Assembly (NCBI RefSeq): GCF_013377015.1 | Contig: NZ_JACABA010000006.1 | Location: 127,985-191,984, forward strand | DNA length: 64,000 bases | Direction of reading: 5' to 3' | Source of the DNA: Rhodopseudomonas sp. | GTDB lineage: Bacteria > Pseudomonadota > Alphaproteobacteria > Rhizobiales > Xanthobacteraceae | Part shown: positions 26,790-37,017 of the stretch, one piece after another | How the letters are laid out: the number at the start of each line of letters is the position of its first letter | How positions within the stretch are numbered: position 1 is the first letter of the stretch | Made by a program: the position numbers and the translations under genes | Notes under the pieces: model-generated | Told to the model about the DNA's origin: nothing | The model's database searches: none | Seen by the model: the letters and a program-made list of their open reading frames with translations, nothing else

Positions 26790-27473
26790 ATGGCTGAATA
26801 TGTGGTGGAGTTCGGCAAGGATGGTCGCCGCGTCGAGCCCGACGGCCGGCTCGACGCGGCGGCGTTCCATCGCAACCACGAACCGATCCGCAAGGCGCTG
26901 GCGCCGTTCCTGCGCGGCAAGTCCGGCGATGTGCTGGAGGCCGGCAGCGGCACTGGCCAGCACGTGATCGAATTCGCCCGCGACAATCCCGATCTGGTGT
27001 GGTGGCCGAGCGATCTCAACGACCAGCATCTCACCAGCATCGCGGCGTGGCGGGCGCATGCGCAGCTGCCGAATGTCCGCGCGCCGCTGCGGATCGACCT
27101 GTCGGATCCGGCATGGTGCGCGGCGATGAGCGACGGCAGCGGTCCGGGGCCGCTGCTGGCGGTGTTCTGCGCCAACGTGGTTCACATCGCGCCGTGGCGG
27201 GTCGCCGAAGGCTTGTTCGCCGGCGCCGCGCGCTATCTGCGGCCGGACGGGCGATTGTTCCTGTACGGGCCGTTCAAGCGCGACGGCCGCCACACCGCGC
27301 TCAGCAACGCGGTGTTCGACACCAGCCTGCGCGAAGCCAATGCCGAATGGGGCGTGCGCGATCTTGAGGACCTGCAGGGTCTGGCCGAGCGCGTCGGCCT
27401 GACCCTGGTCGAGACCATCGAGATGCCTGCCAACAACCTGCTGCTCGGTTTTGCGCGATCGCCGCGGGACTGA
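26790..27473 (+). CDS. DUF938-family (SAM-methyltransferase-like) protein
   Basis: 227 aa. AFHRNHEPI and VLEAGSGTGQHVIEFA motifs, and FCANVVHIAPW. Confidence 0.75.
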   Translation: MAEYVVEFGKDGRRVEPDGRLDAAAFHRNHEPIRKALAPFLRGKSGDVLEAGSGTGQHVIEFARDNPDLVWWPSDLNDQHLTSIAAWRAHAQLPNVRAPLRIDLSDPAWCAAMSDGSGPGPLLAVFCANVVHIAPWRVAEGLFAGAARYLRPDGRLFLYGPFKRDGRHTALSNAVFDTSLREANAEWGVRDLEDLQGLAERVGLTLVETIEMPANNLLLGFARSPRD

Positions 27474-27585
27474 CCCCGGCGCATGGCGCCGGCCCGATTC
27501 CATCGATTGATTGCCGGGTGAGCTTGCCTATAGTGCCGCGAATCCAGCGGGTCGGGAACCGGCCGGCATCAGGGCGGAATTGCCG

Positions 27586-28809
27586 ATGGTTGACGTGGCG
27601 GTGATTGACGAAATTCCCGACGACGTCCGGGCGCGATCAAATGTGCTGCGGCTGGCCGCCGCGCAGGCGCTCACCGGGGCGAATTCGGCGGTGATCTTCG
27701 CCACCGGGTCGATCGTCGGCGCGACGCTGGCGCCGAATCTGGCGCTCGCGACCGTGCCGCTGTCGATGTATGTGCTCGGGCTCGCCGCCGGGACGTTGCC
27801 GACCGGCGCGATCTCGCGGCGCTACGGCCGCCGCGTCGCGTTCACCATCGGCACCGGCTGCGGCATGCTTACCGGCCTGCTCGGCGCCTATGCCATCCTG
27901 CAAGGCTCGTTCGTGCTGTTTTGCTGCGCCACCTTCCTCGGCGGGCTGTACGGTGCGGTGTCGCAATCCTATCGCTTCGCCGCCGCCGACGGCGCCAGCG
28001 CGGCGTACCGCCCGAAGGCGGTGTCGTGGGTGATGGCCGGCGGGGTGTTCGCCGGCGTGCTCGGTCCGCAGCTGGTGCAATGGACCATGGATATCTGGCC
28101 GCCTTTTCTGTTCGCCTTCAGCTTCCTGGTGCAGGCCGCGGTGGCGCTGGTGGCGATGGCGGTCTTGTCCGGCGTCGACCTACCGAAGCCGGCGCCGGCC
28201 GATCTCTCCGCGGGGCGGCCGCTGCTCGAGATCGTGCGGCAGCCGCGCTTCATCGCCGCGGCGGTCTGCGGCATCGTCTCCTATCCGATGATGAATCTGG
28301 TGATGACGTCGGCGCCGCTGGCGATGCAGATGTGCGGGCTGAGTGTCGGCGATTCCAATTTCGGCCTGCAATGGCACATCGTGGCGATGTACGCGCCGAG
28401 TTTCTTCACCGGCTCGCTGATCGCGCGATTCGGCGCGCCGATTGTGGTCGCGCTCGGTCTCGTGCTGGAAGCCGGCGGCGCCATCATCGGCATCACCGGA
28501 ATCACCGCGACGCATTTCTGGGGCACGCTGATCGTGCTCGGGCTCGGCTGGAATCTCTCCTTCGTCGGCGCCTCGGCGCTGGTGCTGGAGACCCACCGGC
28601 CGCAGGAGCGCAACAAGGTGCAGGCCTTCAACGACTTCTTGATCTTCGGCATGATGGCGGTGGGGTCGTTCTCGTCAGGTCAATTGCTGGCGAATTACGG
28701 CTGGACCACCGTCAACATGGTGGTGTTTCCGCCAGTGCTGCTCGGGCTCGCGGTGCTCGCTTCCGTCGGATTGTCGAAACGGCGGGCGACGCTGCGGTCG
28801 GGCTCGTGA
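27586..28809 (+). CDS. MFS transporter
   Basis: The ORF track starts at TTG 27511; the first ATG is at 27586. About 12 TM helices. RRYGRR loop motif between TM2 and TM3. Confidence 0.85.
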   Translation: MVDVAVIDEIPDDVRARSNVLRLAAAQALTGANSAVIFATGSIVGATLAPNLALATVPLSMYVLGLAAGTLPTGAISRRYGRRVAFTIGTGCGMLTGLLGAYAILQGSFVLFCCATFLGGLYGAVSQSYRFAAADGASAAYRPKAVSWVMAGGVFAGVLGPQLVQWTMDIWPPFLFAFSFLVQAAVALVAMAVLSGVDLPKPAPADLSAGRPLLEIVRQPRFIAAAVCGIVSYPMMNLVMTSAPLAMQMCGLSVGDSNFGLQWHIVAMYAPSFFTGSLIARFGAPIVVALGLVLEAGGAIIGITGITATHFWGTLIVLGLGWNLSFVGASALVLETHRPQERNKVQAFNDFLIFGMMAVGSFSSGQLLANYGWTTVNMVVFPPVLLGLAVLASVGLSKRRATLRSGS

Positions 28810-28844
28810 TGGCCTAGCGTTCGCCGCGCAGAAAGGGATCGCCG

Positions 28845-30071
28845 GTGATCGACGAGACCTCGATCCGCTACCCGGGCTGGCGGATCGTCGCGGTCTGCTT
28901 CGTGGTTGCGACCTTCGGCTGGGCGCTCGGCTTCTACGGCCAGAGCGTCTATCTGGCCGAATTGCAGCGCGTGCACGGCTGGCCGTCGTCGCTGATCTCG
29001 ACCGCCACCACGTTCTTCTACCTGTGCGGCGCGCTGCTGGTCGCCTTCGTCAGCGACGCGATCCGCGTGTTCGGGCCTCGCGTCTGCCTGCTGGCCGGCA
29101 TCGTCGCGATGGCGATCGCCACCGCGCTGCTGGGCCAGCTCACCTCGCCGTGGCAGCTCTACGCGGTCAACGCACTGCTGGCGCTGGGCTGGGCCGGCAC
29201 CAGCCTCGGCGCCATCACCAACACGCTCGGGCTGTGGTTCGATCACCGCCGCGGCATGGCGATCAGCCTGGCGCTGAACGGCGCCAGCTTCGGCGGCATC
29301 GTCGGCGTACCGCTGCTGGTCGCGGCGATCGGCGCCTTCGGATTCGCCGGCGCCACGCTGGCGGCGGCGGCCGCCGCGATCGTGCTGCTGGTGCCGGTGG
29401 TCGCGCTGCTTGTCGGGCTGCCGCCGGTTCGCGCCGGCGCCGCCCCGACGCCGAGCGGTACAGTCGCAGCCGCACCGTCGTCGGCTTCGATCCGCCGCCG
29501 CGCCTTTGGCGACGCCGCGTTCCTGACGGTGGCGATCGCATTCGCGCTGGTGCTGTTCGCCCAGGTCGGCGTCATCGTGCATCTGATCGCCTATCTGGAT
29601 CCGCTGATCGGGCGCGAGCGCGCCGCGGTCGCGGTATCGCTGTTGACCGCGATGGCGATGGCCGGCCGGGTTCTGCTCTCGACCGTGATTGACCGGCTGA
29701 ACCAGCGGCTGGCGGCCGCGATCTCGTTCGCCAGCCAGGCGGTGGCGCTGGCGATCGTGATCAATGCGCGCAACGAGGCGTTGTTATTGTTCGCCTGCGC
29801 GCTGTTCGGCTTCTCGGTCGGCAACCTGATCACGCTGCCGTCGCTGATCGTGCAGCGCGAATTTCCGCCCGGATCGTTCGGCGTGCTGGTCAGCCTGATC
29901 ACCGCGATCAACCAGGTCACCTACGCGTTCGGCCCCGGCATCATCGGCCTGGTCCGCGACGCCTCGGGCAGCTACGCGCTGCCGTTCTCGGGTTGCATCG
30001 TGCTGCAACTGATCGCCGCGCTGCTGATCCTGGCGCGAGGGCGGAAGCGAAACATTCGACCCTCATGGTGA
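28845..30071 (+). CDS. MFS transporter (oxalate/formate antiporter-like)
   Basis: GTG start. 408 aa, 12 TM helices. The last 3 codons and the stop lie inside a repeat element. Confidence 0.85.
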   Translation: MIDETSIRYPGWRIVAVCFVVATFGWALGFYGQSVYLAELQRVHGWPSSLISTATTFFYLCGALLVAFVSDAIRVFGPRVCLLAGIVAMAIATALLGQLTSPWQLYAVNALLALGWAGTSLGAITNTLGLWFDHRRGMAISLALNGASFGGIVGVPLLVAAIGAFGFAGATLAAAAAAIVLLVPVVALLVGLPPVRAGAAPTPSGTVAAAPSSASIRRRAFGDAAFLTVAIAFALVLFAQVGVIVHLIAYLDPLIGRERAAVAVSLLTAMAMAGRVLLSTVIDRLNQRLAAAISFASQAVALAIVINARNEALLLFACALFGFSVGNLITLPSLIVQREFPPGSFGVLVSLITAINQVTYAFGPGIIGLVRDASGSYALPFSGCIVLQLIAALLILARGRKRNIRPSW

Positions 30072-30107
30072 GGAGCAGCGCGCAGCGTTGCGTCTCGAAC
30101 CATGAGG
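30061..30107. repeat. palindromic intergenic repeat, family CCTCATGGTGAGGAGC...GCGTCTC..ACCATGAGG
   Basis: 9-bp terminal inverted repeat CCTCATGGT / ACCATGAGG. The same family occurs at 32682-32727 and 32739-32783. Confidence 0.75.
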
Positions 30108-30186
30108 CCGCATTCCTCGCGACGCGCGCCCCGGAGTGACATGACTTTGGTGGGGTTCGGCGCATCCATCGAGGTGACGGTCGCCC

Positions 30187-30690
30187 TCACCCCTCACGCT
30201 GCCGCAGCAGATCGTCGAGATCGAGCCGGTGGGTGAACATCGAAAGCGTGCCGTCCGGCTTGCGCGGCCACTCGGCTTCGGGGCGATCACGATACAGTTC
30301 GACGCCGTTGTGATCGGGATCGTGCAGATATAGCGCCTCGCTGACGCCGTGGTCGCTGGCGCCGTCGAGCTGGATGCCGGCCTGTAGCAGCCGATACAGC
30401 GCATCCGCCAGCGCGGCGCGGCTCGGATACAGGATCGCGGTGTGAAACAGCCCGGTCGTGCCCGGCGGCGGCGGATGGCCGCCCTTGCTCTCCCAGGTGT
30501 TGAGCCCGATGTGGTGATGATAGCCGCCGGCGGAAATGAACGCCGCCTGGTCGCCGAGTCGCTGCATCAGTTGAAAGCCGAGCACACCGCAATAGAAGCC
30601 CAGCGCGCGGTCGAGATCGGCGACCTTGAGATGGACATGGCCGATCCTTGTGCCGGCGGCGATCGGGTTCGGCGGCGGCTGGTCGGACAT
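30187..30690 (-). CDS. VOC-family (glyoxalase/extradiol dioxygenase-like) protein
   Basis: 167 aa containing IGHVHLKVADLDRALGFYCGVLGF, HHHIGLNTW, LFHTAILYP and EALYLHDPDHNGVELY. Confidence 0.85.
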   Translation of the reverse strand: MSDQPPPNPIAAGTRIGHVHLKVADLDRALGFYCGVLGFQLMQRLGDQAAFISAGGYHHHIGLNTWESKGGHPPPPGTTGLFHTAILYPSRAALADALYRLLQAGIQLDGASDHGVSEALYLHDPDHNGVELYRDRPEAEWPRKPDGTLSMFTHRLDLDDLLRQREG

Positions 30691-30761
30691 CGCAACTCCC
30701 CAAGCATTGAGTCATCGCCGGGCCTGATCCGGCGATCCATCGTCTTGATCTAGGATGATGG

Positions 30762-30789
30762 ATGCGCGGGTCAAGCCCGCGCATGACGG
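30762..30789. repeat. short hairpin repeat (CGTCAT-family REP-like element)
   Basis: ATGCGCGGG-TCAAG-CCCGCGCAT followed by GACGG. Lies between the CMD stop (30799) and the VOC start (30690). Confidence 0.6.
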
Positions 30790-30798
30790 CATTGCGCG

Positions 30799-31344
30799 TT
30801 ACGCCAGCTCCGACACTTCGCCGTCCGGCAAGTCGAATTCGAAGGTGTTCAGCGTCATCGACACCATGGTGTAATAGCCGCACAGCCCAATGATCTCGAC
30901 GATGCCGCGCTCGCCGATCACGCTGACCGCCTCGTCGTACAAGCCCTGGGCGACGCCGTGGCCCTCGTGCAACGACTTGGCAAGATCGTAGATGATCCGC
31001 GCCTTGGGGTCGTCGAATGTCGGCGAGCGGCGCTGCCGGATCGCTTCGATGATGGCCGGCTCCATGCCGCCGGCCAGCGCCAGCCGCTTGTGCGCGTACC
31101 ATTCGTAATGCGCGGTCCAGTGCCGCGCCGTCACCAGGATGGCGATCTCGGACAGTTTCGCCGGAAACGAGGTGTCGTAGCGCAGGATCGCGCCGAGCCT
31201 GGTGGCGTGCCGCGCCATCTCCGGCGAGTTGAGCCAGGCCATCATCGGCGGCGGTGGGCTGCCGCGCTTGCTGGCGATCGACTCGTCATAGGTGCTCCGC
31301 TGGTCCGCGGTCATTTCGCCAGGCGAAAGCAGTTTCAGGCGCAT
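30799..31344 (-). CDS. carboxymuconolactone decarboxylase (CMD/AhpD-like) family protein
   Basis: ORF 30799..31452. ATG at 31344 (MRLKLLSPGEMTADQR...). HWTAHYEWYAHKRLA motif typical of the CMD family. Confidence 0.8.
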   Translation of the reverse strand: MRLKLLSPGEMTADQRSTYDESIASKRGSPPPPMMAWLNSPEMARHATRLGAILRYDTSFPAKLSEIAILVTARHWTAHYEWYAHKRLALAGGMEPAIIEAIRQRRSPTFDDPKARIIYDLAKSLHEGHGVAQGLYDEAVSVIGERGIVEIIGLCGYYTMVSMTLNTFEFDLPDGEVSELA

Positions 31345-31493
31345 GCTGTTTCCTCTGATTTTCTTGGGCGTTCGCGACCCGCGCGCAGGCCGTGGCCCGA
31401 TCCCTATCACATCGTGCGACGCCCAGAGAGTTATTGAATTTCGCCAAGCCACAGCTAAGGTCCGGCCAACAAATGCAACCGGGGAAACGACCG

Positions 31494-32678
<1,185 letters not shown>

Positions 32679-32681
32679 ACC

Positions 32682-32783
32682 CCTCATCCTGAGGAGCGGC
32701 CCGCAGGGCCGCGTCTCGAAGGATGAAGAATGTTCATCCCTCATGGTGAGACGCGCGCGAAGAGCGCGCTCCTCACCATGAGG
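32682..32783. repeat. two adjacent copies of the CCTCAT..GAGGAGC..GCGTCTC..ATGAGG palindromic repeat family
   Basis: Copy 1 at 32682-32727: CCTCATCCTGAGGAGCGGCCCGCAGGGCCGCGTCTCGAAGGATGA. Copy 2 at 32739-32783: CCTCATGGTGAGACGCGCGCGAAGAGCGCGCTCCTCACCATGAGG, opposite orientation. Confidence 0.75.
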
Positions 32784-32831
32784 TGCAGCAGCCCGGACTA
32801 ACGCCGAACAACACAGCTCTAGCCTGACGGA

Positions 32832-33980
32832 ATGAAGATCATGGCCCTCGTCCTCAATGAAGAACAAACCATGCTGCGCGATAGCGCCCGCGGCTTTATC
32901 GGCGACAATGCGCCGGTGGCGCATCTGCGCAAGCTGCGCGACGACAATGACGCCACCGGATTCTCGCGCGCGCTGTGGAAGAGCTTTGCCGAGATGGGCT
33001 TCTCCGGCCTCTTGGTGCCGGACGAATTCGGCGGCTCCGGGCTCGGCTGCGTCGAGGCCGGCGTGGTGATGGAGGAGATCGGCCGCAATTTGATGCCGTC
33101 GCCGTTTCTCGCCACCGCGGTGCTGGCGGCCTCGGCGCTGTCGCGCGGCGGCAGCGCCGCGCAAAAATCCGAACATCTGCCGAAGATCGCCGACGGCTCG
33201 CTGCTGGCGGCGCTGGCGATCGACGAGGGGGCCAAGCATCGGCCGCTGCAAACCAAGATGCAGGCGGTGCGCTCCGGCAACGGTTTTAGGCTGAACGGCG
33301 CCAAGGCTTTCGTGGTCGACGGCCACGTAGCCGATCTGTTGATCATCGCGGCGCGTAGCGCCGGTTCGCCTGGCGAGCGCGCCGGGCTGACGCTGTTCCT
33401 GGTCGATCCGAAGACCAAGGGCATCGCGCTGGAGCGCACCACGATGGTGGATTCGCACAACGCCGCGCGGATCGTGTTCGACAATGTCGAGGTCAATGCC
33501 GACGGCGTGCTCGGCGAGCTCGATCAGGGCGTCGCGCTGCTTGAGGGCATTCTCAATGTCGGGCGCGGCGCGGTCGCGTCCGAAATGGTCGGCGTCAGCG
33601 AGGAAGTGTTCTCCCGCACCGTGACCTATCTCAAGGAACGCAAGCAGTTCGGCAAGTTGATAGGCGAATTCCAGGCGCTGCAGCACCGCGCCGCGCATCT
33701 CTACACCGAGATTGAGATCACCCGCGCCGCGGTGCTGAAGGCGTTGCAGACGCTGGATGCCGATTTCGACAATGCCGCCACGGCGGTCGCGGTGGCCAAG
33801 GCCCGCGCCGGCACCACGGCGACGCTGGCGGTGCAGGAAGGCGTGCAGATGCATGGCGGCATGGGCATGACCGACCAATTCGACATCGGCTTCTTCATGA
33901 AGCGCGCCCGGGTCTGCCAGGAACTGTTCGGCGACAGCAACTTCCACGCCGACCAGCTGGCGCAGTTGAAGAATTACTGA
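32832..33980 (+). CDS. acyl-CoA dehydrogenase family protein
   Basis: 382 aa. LNEEQTMLRDSARGF and GFSGLLVPDEFGGSG motifs, and a C-terminal GMGMT motif. Confidence 0.9.
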   Translation: MKIMALVLNEEQTMLRDSARGFIGDNAPVAHLRKLRDDNDATGFSRALWKSFAEMGFSGLLVPDEFGGSGLGCVEAGVVMEEIGRNLMPSPFLATAVLAASALSRGGSAAQKSEHLPKIADGSLLAALAIDEGAKHRPLQTKMQAVRSGNGFRLNGAKAFVVDGHVADLLIIAARSAGSPGERAGLTLFLVDPKTKGIALERTTMVDSHNAARIVFDNVEVNADGVLGELDQGVALLEGILNVGRGAVASEMVGVSEEVFSRTVTYLKERKQFGKLIGEFQALQHRAAHLYTEIEITRAAVLKALQTLDADFDNAATAVAVAKARAGTTATLAVQEGVQMHGGMGMTDQFDIGFFMKRARVCQELFGDSNFHADQLAQLKNY

Positions 33981-34018
33981 GGCGAGAAGATATCGGCGGC
34001 GCGACATAAAGATTCGTC

Positions 34019-34118
34019 ACCACCCGCGAAAGCGGGTGGTCCAGTATTCCGGAGCGCTGGCGATTGATCGTAAGCGCTCTGCAAAACTGGGTCGCCAGGT
34101 CAAGCCGGGCGATGACGG
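34019..34118. repeat. cluster of three REP-like hairpins between convergent genes
   Basis: ACCACCCGC-GAAA-GCGGGTGGT (34019-34040); GAGCGCT..AGCGCTC; GGTCGCCAGGTCAAGCCGGGCGATGACGG (34090-34118, CGTCAT family). Confidence 0.65.
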
Positions 34119-34134
34119 TTCATTGTGTGGGCCG

Positions 34135-35172
34135 CTACCTGATCGGCGGCGCGTATTGGATGCCGCCGGCGCTCCACAGCTGGTTCAACCCGCGCGGGAT
34201 GCCGAGCTTGGAGCCGGTGCCGACATTGCGATCATAGACTTCGCCGTAATTGCCGACGCGGCGGATGATCCGGGCCGCCCAGTCCTTGGTGAGACCGAGT
34301 TCCTCGCCATAGGCGCCCTCGGTGCCGACCAGCCGCATCACGTCGGGCTTCTTCGATTTCATCGCCTCGTCGATGTTCTTCGAGGTGATACCGAGCTCCT
34401 CGGCGTTGATCATCGCGTAAAGCGTCCACTTCACGATCATCATCCAGTCGTCGTCGCGCTGCCGCACCACCGGCGCCAGCGGCTCCTTGGAGATCACGTC
34501 GGGCAGGATCACATGGTCGGCCGGCTTGGCCATCCGCAGCCGCAGCGCGTAGAGCTGCGAGACGTCGGCGGTGAAGGTGTCGCACTGGCCGGATTGATAC
34601 GCCTTCAGCACGTCGTCCAGTTTATCGAACTTGACCTCGGTGTATTTGATGTTGTTGGCGCGGAAGTAGTCGGCGAGGTTGAGCTGTGTGGTGGTCGCGT
34701 CCTGGACGCAGACCTTGCTGCCGTCGAGCGCCAGCGCAGAATCGATGTTGCGCGCCGCCGGCAGCATGAAGCCTTCGCCGTCGTAATAGGCCACCGCGGG
34801 GAAATACAGGTCGAAACCGGTCTCGCGCGACATGCTCCAGGTCGAGTTGCGCGACAGGATGTCGACCTTGCGGCTCTGCAATTCCTTGAAGCGTTCGCTG
34901 GCGTCGAGCGGGACGAACTTCACCTTGTTCGGATCGTCGAAGATCGCCGCCGCCACCGCGCGGCAGAAATCGACGTCGAAGCCGCTCCAATTGCCCTTGT
35001 CGTCCGGGGTCGAGAAGCCGGGCAGCCCGGTGTTGACGCCGCATAGCACGGCGTCGCGCCGGATCGTGCGTTTCAGCGTCTTGGTGTCGTAGCGCTCATA
35101 AGTGATCGCGGCAGCGGCGATCGCGACTGCGATCGCCAGGCCGATCAGCAGCCCGCCTCGGAATGTACGCAT
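34135..35172 (-). CDS. general L-amino acid ABC transporter substrate-binding protein (AapJ/BztA-like), orphan
   Basis: 345 aa. GVNTGLPGFSTPDDKGNWSGFDVDFCRAVAAAIF, KVDILSRNSTW and WSAGGIQYAPPIR motifs. Confidence 0.9.
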   Translation of the reverse strand: MRTFRGGLLIGLAIAVAIAAAAITYERYDTKTLKRTIRRDAVLCGVNTGLPGFSTPDDKGNWSGFDVDFCRAVAAAIFDDPNKVKFVPLDASERFKELQSRKVDILSRNSTWSMSRETGFDLYFPAVAYYDGEGFMLPAARNIDSALALDGSKVCVQDATTTQLNLADYFRANNIKYTEVKFDKLDDVLKAYQSGQCDTFTADVSQLYALRLRMAKPADHVILPDVISKEPLAPVVRQRDDDWMMIVKWTLYAMINAEELGITSKNIDEAMKSKKPDVMRLVGTEGAYGEELGLTKDWAARIIRRVGNYGEVYDRNVGTGSKLGIPRGLNQLWSAGGIQYAPPIR

Positions 35173-35238
35173 CGATCATTCTTTCTCAGCAAGAATCGGG
35201 GAGAAGTTCGTTCGGATGGAATGAAGGTCCGGCGCCGC

Positions 35239-35835
35239 CTACAGCTCCGGCCTTTGCCTCACCACGACCTTGGTGCCGACCGGAACGCGGTCATACAGGT
35301 CGGTGACGTCGGCGTTGACCAGCCGGAAGCAGCCGGAGGAGACGGCGGTGCCGATAGTGTCGGGACGGTTGGTGCCGTGAATCCGGTACACGGTGGCGCC
35401 GAGATAGAGCGCGCGGGCGCCGAGCGGATTGCCGGGGCCGCCGGCCATGAAGCGCGGCAGATAGGGCTGGCGCTGGATCATCTCCGGCGGCGGCGTCCAG
35501 TCCGGCCATTCCGCCTTGCGCGAGATCTTCAAGAGGCCCTGCCACTGAAAACCTTCGCGGCCGACACCGATCGCATAGCGCAGCGCCCGGCCATTGCCCT
35601 GCACGATATAAAGAAACCGTTCCGAGGTTTGAATGATGATAGTGCCTGGCGCCTCGGTGCTGCGATAATACACCATCTGACGCTTGTATTCCGGCGGCAA
35701 CTCATAGCCATCGTCGGCGATCAGGCCGGGCTCGTCGCCGGGGTCGGGCTGTTGCGCGAAACCTTGCGGCATCGAAAGCATCAGGCCGGCGGCGGCAATC
35801 AATTGAAGCCAGATCAGGCGACGAAATCGAATCAT
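35239..35835 (-). CDS. L,D-transpeptidase (YkuD/ErfK family)
   Basis: The ORF track starts at GTG 35859; the ATG at 35835 has a GGGAGA RBS and gives a signal peptide. Catalytic motif IHGT...SSGCFRLVNADV. Confidence 0.9.
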   Translation of the reverse strand: MIRFRRLIWLQLIAAAGLMLSMPQGFAQQPDPGDEPGLIADDGYELPPEYKRQMVYYRSTEAPGTIIIQTSERFLYIVQGNGRALRYAIGVGREGFQWQGLLKISRKAEWPDWTPPPEMIQRQPYLPRFMAGGPGNPLGARALYLGATVYRIHGTNRPDTIGTAVSSGCFRLVNADVTDLYDRVPVGTKVVVRQRPEL

Positions 35836-35874
35836 CCAAATCTCCCGAAAATGCTGCACCGACTGTCTATCACG

Positions 35875-36006
35875 TCAGGTCGGCGCGATCCACAGCCGCA
35901 GGCCGTAGGAAATGATTGCTACCGTGCCGACGCCGCCGGCCCATAGCGCCACGAACCACAGCAACCGCTGCGCCAGCGGGCGCGGAGGCTCCGGCGGCGG
36001 CGTCAA
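35875..36006 (-). CDS. DUF2474-like small membrane protein downstream of cydB
   Basis: The C-terminal part of ORF 35875..36849 reads (L/M)TPPPEPPRPLAQRLLWFVALWAGGVGTVAIISYGLRLWIAPT. The only nearby start is TTG 36006, forming a TTGA overlap with the cydB stop. Single TM helix. Confidence 0.5.
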   Translation of the reverse strand: MTPPPEPPRPLAQRLLWFVALWAGGVGTVAIISYGLRLWIAPT

Positions 36007-37013
36007 TGATAGCCGCTTTCGGCGTCCACCTTGCCGCGAAACACCCAATAGGCCCAGGCGGTATAGGCGAGGATGATCGGCACCAGCACGGCGACTCCGA
36101 CCAGCATGAATGCCTGGCTGTTGGCCGGCGCCGCCGCCTGCCAGATCGTGATGCTGCGCGGCACGATATAGGGCCACATCGAAATGCCGAGCCCCGCATA
36201 GGCCAGCGCGAACAGCGCCAGCGACAGGAAGAACGGCCGATAATCCTGCCGCCTGGCGAGACTGCGCAGCAGCAGGAATGTGACGCCGGCGACCGCGACC
36301 GGCACCGGCGCGGTGGCGAGGATGTTCGGCCAGGCGAACCAGCGGTTGGCGTATTCGATATCGAGCAGCGGGGTGGCGACGCTGACCGCGCCGAGCGCGA
36401 TCAGCATCGCGATCACCAGCCACCAGCTTTGCCGATAGGCCGCCTCGCGCAAGCTTCCAGTGGTCTTCATCACCAGCCAGGTGGCGCCGAGCAGGCAATA
36501 GCCGGTGACCAGCGCCAGGCCGGTGAGAATGCTGAACGGCGTCAGCCAGTCCCACCAGCCGCCGGCGTAGTGGCGACCCTCGACATGTACGCCCTGCAGG
36601 ATGGCGCCGAGCGCCACGCCCTGCGCCAACGTCGCTAGCAGCGAGCCGCCGGCGAAGGCGACGTCCCAGCGGTTGCGTTCGCGCTGGGTACGCCAGCGGA
36701 ATTCGAAGGCGACGCCGCGGAATACCAGGCCGAGCAGCATCGCGATCATCGGCGTGTAAAGCGCCGGCATCAGCACCGCATAGGCCAGCGGAAACGCCGC
36801 CATCAGCCCGCCGCCGCCCAGCACCAGCCAGGTCTCGTTGCCGTCCCACACCGGGGCGACGCTGTTCATGATGACGTCGCGGTCGGCCTTGTTCGGAAAC
36901 AGCGGAAACAGCATGCCGAGGCCGAGGTCGAAGCCGTCCATCACCACATAGACGAACACAGCGAAGGCGATGATGAAGGCCCAGAGCGTGGGAATGTCGA
37001 GCGCGGCGGACAT
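36003..37013 (-). CDS. cydB: cytochrome bd-type ubiquinol oxidase subunit II
   Basis: ORF 36003..37109. ATG at 37013 (MSAALDIPTLWAFIIAFAVFVYVVMDGFDLG). WDGNETW motif. Confidence 0.9.
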   Translation of the reverse strand: MSAALDIPTLWAFIIAFAVFVYVVMDGFDLGLGMLFPLFPNKADRDVIMNSVAPVWDGNETWLVLGGGGLMAAFPLAYAVLMPALYTPMIAMLLGLVFRGVAFEFRWRTQRERNRWDVAFAGGSLLATLAQGVALGAILQGVHVEGRHYAGGWWDWLTPFSILTGLALVTGYCLLGATWLVMKTTGSLREAAYRQSWWLVIAMLIALGAVSVATPLLDIEYANRWFAWPNILATAPVPVAVAGVTFLLLRSLARRQDYRPFFLSLALFALAYAGLGISMWPYIVPRSITIWQAAAPANSQAFMLVGVAVLVPIILAYTAWAYWVFRGKVDAESGYH

Positions 37014-37017
37014 CGGA

